Source of the DNA: Thermoplasmata archaeon
GTDB taxonomy: Archaea > Thermoplasmatota > Thermoplasmata > Lutacidiplasmatales > UBA184
DNA length: 41,703 bases
Direction: 5' to 3'
Assembly: GCA_030038885.1 (NCBI GenBank)
Contig: JASHQY010000010.1
Location: 1 to 41,703, forward strand
Every line of letters starts with the position of its first letter. The first letter of the stretch is position 1. Below are positions 35,440 through 41,703 of this stretch, in pieces. A program made the position numbers and the translations under genes. Under the pieces are notes generated by a model. It was not told the origin of the DNA, made no database searches, and worked only from the letters and a program-made list of their open reading frames with translations.

Positions 35440-35595
35440 GTCCTAAAGCGTTCTGTCCGCACCGCGCGGCGTCGCCTCGGCGCTTAAGAACCGGCCCCGA
35501 TTGGCCCGGGCGAGGGATTGAACGTGCCGGCTCGAGCGAAAGCATCCGCGAGGTCTCGAAAGTCGGGCCGCCCTGCCGGGCCCGCCGCCGATCGC

Positions 35596-36963
35596 GTGAC
35601 GCCCGTCACCAAGGCCCGCAAGGTGTTCATGGTGACCGGCGGGGTGACGAAGTTCGCGAAGGCGCACCCCAGCATGGACTTCCGCCTGATGGTCAAGCGG
35701 GCGTACGACTACGCGCTCAAGGGGATCCCGAACCTCACCGCCGAGCGGATCGACGGGACCCGGATCTCGTACTTCTCGGACCACTTCTCGCGCCAATTGA
35801 AGGCCGCGAGCATGGTCCAGGACTATCTCGGGATGAACCCGAAGGGCTCCGTCCGCATCGAATGGGGGGGCGCGACCGGAGGCGAATGCTTCCAGGCCGC
35901 GTACGAGGCGGTCGCGAGCGGACGGATGGACGTCTGCCTCGGCGCCGGCTACGAGACGATGAGCCGCGTCGCGACCTGGAAGGGGAACGAGTTCATCGCG
36001 CTCGCGTCGGACACGAACTTCGACTTCCCCCTCGGCGGGTTCTACACGGGCTACTACGCGCTGATGGTCGTGCGCCACATCTACGAGTACCTGCGACGCG
36101 GGAAGTTCGCGGGCGTGAAGGACGAGCGCGAGGCCCAGCGCCTCGCGATCGCCGAGGGGAGCCGGATCATGAGCCTCGTCTCGGTGAAGAACCACCGCAA
36201 CGCGCTCCACAACCCGTACGCGCAGTACCCCAAGCGGCTGACGGTCGAGGACGTGCTGCGCTCGGAGATGATCAGCTATCCGCTCACCCGCGAGCAGATC
36301 TGCACGATGAGCGACGGGGCCGCGGTCGTGATCCTGTGCGACGAGGCCCGCGCGAAGGAGTTCACCGACAAGCCGGTCCGCGTGATCGGGGTCGGGACCG
36401 GGACCGACACGATGCGGCTCGCGGACCGTCCGTTCGGCAAGGTCCCGCTGATGCCGAACGAGAGGGCGAGCGACTACGACGAGCTCGACTATCCGGGCGT
36501 CCACTCCTTCCGCGCCGGCCGGGCGGCCGGCCTCGAGGCGTACAAGATGGCCGGGATCACGAATCCGAACACCCAGCTCGACTTCATCGAACTCCACGAC
36601 GCCTACGCGTCGAGCGAGATCCAGACCTACGAGGACCTGGGGCTCTGCCGGTACGGCGAGGGGTACGAGTTCGTCGAGCGCGGCGACCCGTTCCTGAAGG
36701 GGATCGACTACGGATTCCCGGTCCCCCAGGCCGGCGCGATCCCCGTGAACCCGTCCGGCGGCCTGATCGCGTGCGGCCACCCGGTGGGGGCGACCGGCCT
36801 CATGCAGGGCGTCTTCGCCTTCTGGCAGCTCCAGGGGACGATCTCCCGCCACTTCGGGGACGCGACCCTGCAGATCCCGAAGGCCCGCCGCGGGGCGATC
36901 CACAGCCACGCCGGCACCGGCTCCGCGGTGACGGTCTCGATCCTCGAGCGGGGGTTCCGATGA
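35596..36963 (+). CDS. thiolase-superfamily protein (archaeal acetyl-CoA acetyltransferase / SCP-x-like)
   Basis: Blocks: VFMVTGGVTKFAK and the C-terminal NPSGGLIACGHPVGATGL. The start is uncertain: GTG 35596 chosen, with TTG 35518 or GTG 35524 possible if leaderless from the TTAAGAA box. Confidence 0.85.
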   Translation: MTPVTKARKVFMVTGGVTKFAKAHPSMDFRLMVKRAYDYALKGIPNLTAERIDGTRISYFSDHFSRQLKAASMVQDYLGMNPKGSVRIEWGGATGGECFQAAYEAVASGRMDVCLGAGYETMSRVATWKGNEFIALASDTNFDFPLGGFYTGYYALMVVRHIYEYLRRGKFAGVKDEREAQRLAIAEGSRIMSLVSVKNHRNALHNPYAQYPKRLTVEDVLRSEMISYPLTREQICTMSDGAAVVILCDEARAKEFTDKPVRVIGVGTGTDTMRLADRPFGKVPLMPNERASDYDELDYPGVHSFRAGRAAGLEAYKMAGITNPNTQLDFIELHDAYASSEIQTYEDLGLCRYGEGYEFVERGDPFLKGIDYGFPVPQAGAIPVNPSGGLIACGHPVGATGLMQGVFAFWQLQGTISRHFGDATLQIPKARRGAIHSHAGTGSAVTVSILERGFR

Positions 36964-37487
36964 GGGCGCGCCCCCCGACCTTCACGAAGTTCCGCGACGT
37001 CCAGGCGGAGCTCGACCGCGCGGGGGCGGCGATCTTCCGCGACGCGGAAGGGGTCGAGAGCCTGGTGATCCGCTACCCGTACTCGATCAACTACATCCAC
37101 AGCTACGCGGAGGACTCGCCGTTCTTCCTCGGACTGGCCGAGGGGCGGCTCCGCGGCTCGAAGTGCCGGCGCCCGAAGTGCCGGTTCGTCTTCGCGACGC
37201 CGCGCAGCCACTGCATGGTCTGCGGCGCGCCGACCGAGTGGGTCGACCTGCCGACGGTCGGTCGGCTCCACTCGTGGACGACCTGCCACTTCGGCAGCGA
37301 GGCGTTCCTGAAGGAGACGCCGTACAACCTCGCGCTGATCGAGTTCGACGGGGTCGGGAGCCTCCTGTTGACCCGCCTCAAGGACGCGGTCGAGTCCGAC
37401 CTCTACGTCGGGATGCCGGTCCAGGCGGTCTTCGATCCGGCCCCGAAGTACTCGATCACGGACGTCTGGTTCGTGCCGCGCCGCTAG
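36960..37487 (+). CDS. DUF35 OB-fold/zinc-ribbon protein (thiolase partner)
   Basis: ATG 36960 overlaps the thiolase TGA (ATGA). Zn ribbon: CRRPKCRFVFATPRSHCMVCG. An OB-like C-terminus follows. Confidence 0.85.
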   Translation: MRARPPTFTKFRDVQAELDRAGAAIFRDAEGVESLVIRYPYSINYIHSYAEDSPFFLGLAEGRLRGSKCRRPKCRFVFATPRSHCMVCGAPTEWVDLPTVGRLHSWTTCHFGSEAFLKETPYNLALIEFDGVGSLLLTRLKDAVESDLYVGMPVQAVFDPAPKYSITDVWFVPRR

Positions 37488-38053
37488 GCCGCGAGCACGC
37501 CGACGAGCTCGAGCACGTCGGCATGGCCCCGGCCGAACTCGGCCCTCGGGACGCGGGCCACGTCGACCAGCGTGAGCTCCTTCCAGGCCGCGGCGCGGGG
37601 GGGACGGGGTTCCGGCCAGACGAGGTCGTAGACGAAATCGAGGTCCCAATGCGGGTCCTTTCCTTCGGCCCCGGGCCGCCCGTACGCCTCCGAGAACACC
37701 CGGGGCGAGGGGAGGTCCGCGAGGTCGATCCCCAGCTGCTCCTTCGCGACCCGCGCCGCCGCCGCGTCCGGCGACTCGAACAGGAGGAGATGGCTCGCCG
37801 GCAGCACCCAGCGGTCGGCGAACCGGGCGACCCGCTCGGCGTCGAGCGCCGCGAGGTCTCCCCAGCGGGCCGCGGGATCCATCTTCCCGAGGAGCACCCG
37901 GCCCGGCTCGTTCGGCGGACGGAACACGAGGAAGACGCTGAGGCACATCCCGTCGGACGGAACTCCCGCGCTGCCGGGCGACGGGGGCTCACCGCCGGGG
38001 CGCAGGCGGGCGAACCGTCGGACCATCGCGGACCTCACGAAGCGCCGGCCCAT
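37484..38053 (-). CDS. Nudix-fold-like hypothetical protein (degenerate Nudix box)
   Basis: This is the C-terminal 189 aa of track ORF 37484..39142 (ATG 38053). GMCLSVFLVF...GRVLLGK...LLLFESPDAAAARVAKEQLG loosely fits G-x5-E-x7-REUxEExGU. The upstream part of the track ORF is Arg-rich junk. Confidence 0.55.
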   Translation of the reverse strand: MGRRFVRSAMVRRFARLRPGGEPPSPGSAGVPSDGMCLSVFLVFRPPNEPGRVLLGKMDPAARWGDLAALDAERVARFADRWVLPASHLLLFESPDAAAARVAKEQLGIDLADLPSPRVFSEAYGRPGAEGKDPHWDLDFVYDLVWPEPRPPRAAAWKELTLVDVARVPRAEFGRGHADVLELVGVLAA

Positions 38054-38149
38054 CAAGCCTTCCTGCGGCGGCGCTCGCCGTCGGCCGCCGCCCGTCCGGC
38101 GGCCCCCTCGAGGTGCGCGTTCAAATAGGACGACCTCCGAGCCCGGGGC

Positions 38150-39106
38150 ATGGCCGCCCCCTCGGTGGTGCCGTCGCCTGGGTCCGCGAGCGTCCCTCCT
38201 CCGCCGCCCCCGACCGCTCCGAAGAGCCACGGCGCGAGGTGGGTGGGTGTCGCCGTGATCGTGATCGTCGTGGCGGTGATCGTCGGTCTCCTGCTCGCGG
38301 GAGTGATCCCGGGGCTGCACTCGAGCTCGGGTTCCGGCAACGGAAGCCCGACCGCCACGTCGTACAGCGAGTCCGAACCGGTCGCCCAGACGGCGGCGGA
38401 CCATATGGGCGGGACGTGGACCACGTTCTTCGCGGGCGGCGCCGACTCGACGACCTCGGTGACCCTTCCGAACCTCACCTCCCAGTTCCTCGGGAGCGAC
38501 TGTCCGCTCATCGACACTCCCTCGACCTCGCCGACCCTCTCGGCGTACACGGGCGCCTACTCGACCGGGCTGATGACCGGTTGGATCTTCGGCCTCTACT
38601 CGACGTCCCCGTCGGCCCTGATGATCCTGATGGTCGAGGACGGCCAGGCGACGCTCCTCGGCGAGGTCACCGCCTCGACCTGCGTCGGGGACTTCTCGGA
38701 CGTCACGGCGCTGACCGCGACGTCGGTGGTCGACAGCACGACGGCCGCCGGGGCCGTCGCGAGCGCGGCCGCGTCGTTCGTGAGCGCGAACCCGACCGCG
38801 AGCTCGAGCGTCGTGCTGACGCCGGGCTTCTCGTTCTCCTTCGGGAGCTACAGCGAGACGATCTATCCCGACTGGATCGTCACCTACTCCTCGTGCGGGG
38901 TCGACGCGACCAGCGGCACCGGGACGCAGTTCAACGCGACGGTCAACGCCACCAACGGCCAGGTGCTCGGCACGACCGGTCCGACGAGCGTCAGTTGCGG
39001 CGCGAACGGGGCGCTGGGATTCCCCGCGGGCGGAGGCGGCGCGCTGTCGAGCGGTCCGTCCCCGATCCCGACCTCGCTCCGGAGCCTGCCGCGGCGCGTC
39101 GGGTGA
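38150..39106 (+). CDS. membrane-anchored extracellular Ser/Thr-rich protein (probable glycoprotein)
   Basis: Pro-rich N-terminus, then one TM helix (WVGVAVIVIVVAVIVGLLLAGVI), then a Ser/Thr-rich domain with N-x-S/T sequons (NLT, NAT, NAT) and 4 Cys. GC3 is very high in this frame. The TATA-like TTCAAATAGG lies 25 nt upstream. Confidence 0.65.
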   Translation: MAAPSVVPSPGSASVPPPPPPTAPKSHGARWVGVAVIVIVVAVIVGLLLAGVIPGLHSSSGSGNGSPTATSYSESEPVAQTAADHMGGTWTTFFAGGADSTTSVTLPNLTSQFLGSDCPLIDTPSTSPTLSAYTGAYSTGLMTGWIFGLYSTSPSALMILMVEDGQATLLGEVTASTCVGDFSDVTALTATSVVDSTTAAGAVASAAASFVSANPTASSSVVLTPGFSFSFGSYSETIYPDWIVTYSSCGVDATSGTGTQFNATVNATNGQVLGTTGPTSVSCGANGALGFPAGGGGALSSGPSPIPTSLRSLPRRVG

Positions 39107-39194
39107 CCCGAGGGCATCTCCGCCGGGGGACCCCGTCGGCACGAAGGGGCCGTTCCGATCGCGGGGCGGCTCCCTACCGTCGGGTCCGAAGCGA

Positions 39195-39268
39195 TGCCGC
39201 GGGCCGGGCTTGAACCGGCGGCTTCAAGATCTTCAGTCTTGCACTCTCCCAAACTGAGTTACCGCGGC
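39195..39268 (-). tRNA. tRNA-Phe (anticodon GAA), no encoded CCA
   Basis: The reverse complement folds by hand into a 74-nt cloverleaf: acceptor GCCGCGG/CCGCGGC, D stem ACTC/GAGT, anticodon stem CAAGA/TCTTG with loop CTGAAGA, T stem GCCGG/CCGGC with loop TTCAAGC, discriminator A. Confidence 0.9.
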
Positions 39269-39927
39269 AGCGCGGCGCGGGGGACGATACCGGCCATTAT
39301 ATCGCTAGAGGGAGCGGCGGTCCCGCGCTCGCGGTCGCGCGCGGTCGGGGCCGCGTGCGGGGGAGGGCCGCCCTCGCGGCGCCCCCCCGGCGTCGCGAGC
39401 TGGGCCGATCGGGGCCGGTCGGAGCGCGCCTCCCGCTCGTCGCTGGCGGGGATCTCGTCCCACAGGTAGGCGGGAAGCGTGAGACCCGCGCGCGCGATCT
39501 CCTCGCGAACGACCGGTCGCCAGTACGTCCGGAGGCTCCCGCACGGCCGCCCGTCGGCGGTCTCGCTCGACGCGGCCACGACGAGCCCCTCGGGCGCGGG
39601 CGGACCGAGCCGGGCGACCGCCCGATGGAGGCGGCCGACCCGGGGAAGCCGTCGGTGCTCGTACGTGCCGGGTCCGGTGCTGACCATGAGCCGGCCGCCC
39701 AGCGTGAGGGCCGTCCAGTACGACACCTCGTAGAGCACCGCGAAGTGGAGCCCCGTGTGGAAGATCCCCGGCCATCCGATCTCGTCCGGCTGGGGCGTGA
39801 ACGCGGTGCGGATCTCCGGCGTCCCGTCGGCGCCGACCCCGCGCTCGAACGCGAGGCGCAGCCCGCGCGGATGGCGGGGTCCGCATCCAAAGCAGGGGTT
39901 GTCCGGCGGGTTCTGAAGCGCGACCAT
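39259..39927 (-). CDS. PaaI-like hotdog-fold thioesterase with an unconserved-looking C-terminal tail
   Basis: This is the 3' end of track ORF 39259..41691 (ATG 39927). MVALQNPPDNPCFGCGPRHPRGLRLAF is a typical N-terminus of this family. The frame stays open until the TAA formed by tRNA positions 8-10. Confidence 0.65.
   Translation of the reverse strand: MVALQNPPDNPCFGCGPRHPRGLRLAFERGVGADGTPEIRTAFTPQPDEIGWPGIFHTGLHFAVLYEVSYWTALTLGGRLMVSTGPGTYEHRRLPRVGRLHRAVARLGPPAPEGLVVAASSETADGRPCGSLRTYWRPVVREEIARAGLTLPAYLWDEIPASDEREARSDRPRSAQLATPGGRREGGPPPHAAPTARDRERGTAAPSSDIMAGIVPRAALPR
39296..39303 (-). promoter_or_regulatory. TATA box (GATATAAT) about 31 nt upstream of the tRNA-Phe 5' end
   Basis: An AT-rich octamer at the spacing expected for an archaeal tRNA promoter. 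It lies inside the 3' tail of the upstream ORF. Confidence 0.45.
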
Positions 39928-40040
39928 GCCCCGGCAACGCGGGCGCCGTCTTGCCGTTTTGGCCCGGGGGCCTTGGGTCCGCCGGCTCGAACGCGCGCGC
40001 CCACGTTCGAGGCCGATCTCCCTCGGTCGGAACGGGCGAT

Positions 40041-40049
40041 ACTTATCTA
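40041..40049 (+). promoter_or_regulatory. TATA-like box (ACTTATCTA) about 27 nt upstream of the topA GTG
   Basis: An AT-rich element with leaderless-type spacing. Confidence 0.4.
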
Positions 40050-40071
40050 GCCGCTCCGGTCTCATTCGGGC

Positions 40072-41703
40072 GTGGAGAAGCTCCGAACCCTGGTGGTCGC
40101 GGAGAAGTTCAACACCGCCCTGCGGATCGCGGTCGTCCTCTCCGACGGCCGGATGAAACGCTCCCGGACAGGCGGGACGAACGTCTTCGAGTTCGAGCGG
40201 CCGGAGGGCCCGTACGCGGTCGTCGGCCTGCGGGGCCACATCGTCGAGCTCGACTATCCGCCCGAGTTCCAGGAGTGGACCCTGGCCGGGCTGTCCCGGC
40301 TGCTCGACACCCCGCCGCTGAAGCGGGTGACCGAGACCGGGATCGTCGCGACCCTCCAGTCGATCGTCCGCGGCTACGACCGCGTGATCCTCGCGACCGA
40401 CTTCGACCGCGAGGGCGAATTGATCGGCCAGGAGTGCCTCGAGCTGCTCCAGAAGGTCCACCCGAACCTGCGCGTGGAGCGCGCCCGCTACAGCGCGCTC
40501 ACCCGGGAGGAGATCGAGCGCAGCTTCGCGCACCTCGCGACCCTCGACACGGCGCTCGCCGAAGCGGCGTCCGCGCGGCAGGAGATCGACCTCGTGTGGG
40601 GCGCCCTCCTCACGCGGTACCTCTCGCTGACGGCCCAGCAGCGGGGGCGGGGGTTCCTCTCGGTCGGGCGCGTCCAGACGCCGACGCTCGCGCTCCTCGT
40701 GGAGCGGGACCAGGCGATCAAGGAGTTCGTGCCGACGCCGTTCTGGGAGATCGCGGCGGACGGGCACCGCGGCGACGAGCCGTTCCGCCTCCACCACGCG
40801 CACGGGGTGTGGGACGCGAAGGACGCCGCGGACGCGGTCTACCGTCGGGTCGAGGGCGCGGAGTCGGGCACCGTCGCGGAGTTCCGGGAGGAGGAGACCC
40901 GGCGTCGGCCTCCGGTCCCGTTCTCGACCACGCTCTTCGTCGCCGAGGCGAGCCGGTTGGGCCTCGGCGCGTCGTTCGCGATGCGGATCGCGGAGGACCT
41001 CTACACCCAGGGGCTGATCAGCTATCCGAGGACCGACAACACGGTCTACCCGCGGAGCCTCGGGCTCCGCCCCCTCGTCGAGAAGTTCCGGGACGGGCCG
41101 TTCGCCGACGCCGCCGCGTTCGTCCTCGAGCAGCCGAGCTTCCACCCGAGCCGGGGGCGCACCGAGGCGACCGACCACCCGCCGATCTACCCGACCGCCG
41201 CGATCGATCCGAAGAAGCTGCGGCCGGACCACGCGAAGGTCTACGAGCTGGTCGTCCGCCGCTTCCTCGCGACGGTCGCCCCGGACGCGGTCGGCTGGAA
41301 GCGCACCGTGCGCGTCCAGGTCGCCGGCGAGCCGTTCGCCGGGGAAGGCCGTCACCTCACCGAGCCGGGGTGGTACCGCCTCTACCCGTACTCGAACCCG
41401 GACGAGGCCCCGATGCCGGTGCTCGAGGTCGGCGGCGCGGTGGAGGTCACCGCCGTCGAGCTCGTCGAGGACCAGACGAAGCCGCCGCGGCGGTTCACCC
41501 AGGGCTCGCTGATCCAGGAGATGGAGCGGCTCGGCCTCGGGACGAAGAGCACGCGGCACGACGTGCTGCAGAAGCTCTTCGACCGGCACTACGTCAGCGC
41601 CCGCCAGCTCGAGCCGACGTCGACCGGCATCGCCGTCACCGAGGCGCTCCGCGCCCACGCCCCGCTCATCACGCGGCCGGAGATGACCCACCGCCTCGAG
41701 GAG
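40072..41703 (+). CDS. topA: DNA topoisomerase I, type IA (Toprim plus Topoisom_bac), 3' end beyond the window
   Basis: My own translation from GTG 40072: VEKLRTLVVAEKFNTALRIA..., ILATDFDREGELIG (Toprim DxD..E), QEIDLVWGALLTRY, GLISYPRTDN (catalytic Tyr). The frame is open to 41703. It is absent from the ORF track because there is no stop. There is no helicase domain, so it is not reverse gyrase. Confidence 0.9.
   Translation, partial: MEKLRTLVVAEKFNTALRIAVVLSDGRMKRSRTGGTNVFEFERPEGPYAVVGLRGHIVELDYPPEFQEWTLAGLSRLLDTPPLKRVTETGIVATLQSIVRGYDRVILATDFDREGELIGQECLELLQKVHPNLRVERARYSALTREEIERSFAHLATLDTALAEAASARQEIDLVWGALLTRYLSLTAQQRGRGFLSVGRVQTPTLALLVERDQAIKEFVPTPFWEIAADGHRGDEPFRLHHAHGVWDAKDAADAVYRRVEGAESGTVAEFREEETRRRPPVPFSTTLFVAEASRLGLGASFAMRIAEDLYTQGLISYPRTDNTVYPRSLGLRPLVEKFRDGPFADAAAFVLEQPSFHPSRGRTEATDHPPIYPTAAIDPKKLRPDHAKVYELVVRRFLATVAPDAVGWKRTVRVQVAGEPFAGEGRHLTEPGWYRLYPYSNPDEAPMPVLEVGGAVEVTAVELVEDQTKPPRRFTQGSLIQEMERLGLGTKSTRHDVLQKLFDRHYVSARQLEPTSTGIAVTEALRAHAPLITRPEMTHRLEE

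Noticed and set aside
38113-39213. A plus-strand 366-aa ORF, and the 5' two-thirds of minus ORF 37484..39142, which overlap the Ser/Thr-rich gene.
   Set aside because: Both are Arg/Gly/Asp-rich junk frames. The 38150..39106 frame has a TM helix, sensible composition, high GC3 and a correctly spaced TATA-like box.
40072-41703. Reverse gyrase as the identity of the right-edge topoisomerase.
   Set aside because: The gene starts directly with the Toprim domain behind its own TATA-like box. There is no upstream helicase-like domain in frame, so it is an ordinary type IA topoisomerase.
1-41703. A search for CRISPR arrays, IS or transposase genes, integrases, prophage genes or a compositional island.
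   Set aside because: I saw no direct-repeat/spacer arrays, no transposase or integrase motifs in any credible frame, and no extended low-GC block. AT-rich dips are short and promoter-sized. The only duplication noticed is the tandem 7TM gene pair.

Overview
This is a very GC-rich (about 70% by eye) archaeal chromosomal segment, densely packed with about 50 genes. I saw no rRNA, CRISPR array or recognisable mobile element. All family assignments come from motifs read by eye, and no database search was possible.

**Housekeeping anchors**
- A tuf (EF-1alpha)-rps10 operon.
- An rps13-rps4-rps11-rpoD (Rpo3) block.
- pelota, aMBF1 and trmY.
- A type IA topoisomerase, which runs off the right edge.
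- tRNA-Phe(GAA).
- dnaJ, citrate synthase and an ornithine carbamoyltransferase.
- A thiolase/DUF35 pair.
- Archaetidylserine synthase and decarboxylase.
- A radical-SAM protein of the MJ0619/Tes (tetraether lipid synthase) family.
- A CADD/CT610-like pABA synthase homologue.

**Most unusual region, about 8.9-16.0 kb.** This is a signalling island containing:
- two tandem, collinear 265-aa seven-transmembrane (7TM) paralogues, each preceded by a 17-18 codon uORF whose stop overlaps the main GTG start (GTGA);
- a soluble PAS histidine kinase, translationally coupled (ATGA) to the second paralogue;
- a single-domain receiver;
- a REC-PAS-like-Hpt protein;
- a convergent KaiC/GvpD-like ATPase plus a receiver with an insertion.

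**Second notable locus.** A single-chain tandem ribbon-helix-helix protein is co-oriented 15 nt upstream of a short, divergent FtsZ paralogue. A 9-bp inverted repeat sits between its TATA-like box and its start codon.

**General notes**
- Many genes have a TATA-like AT-rich box about 25-38 nt upstream of the start codon, indicating leaderless or short-leader transcripts.
- Many adjacent genes overlap by 4 nt.
- The many long Arg/Ala/Gly/Pro-rich ORFs in the track are antisense or off-frame artefacts of the high GC content.
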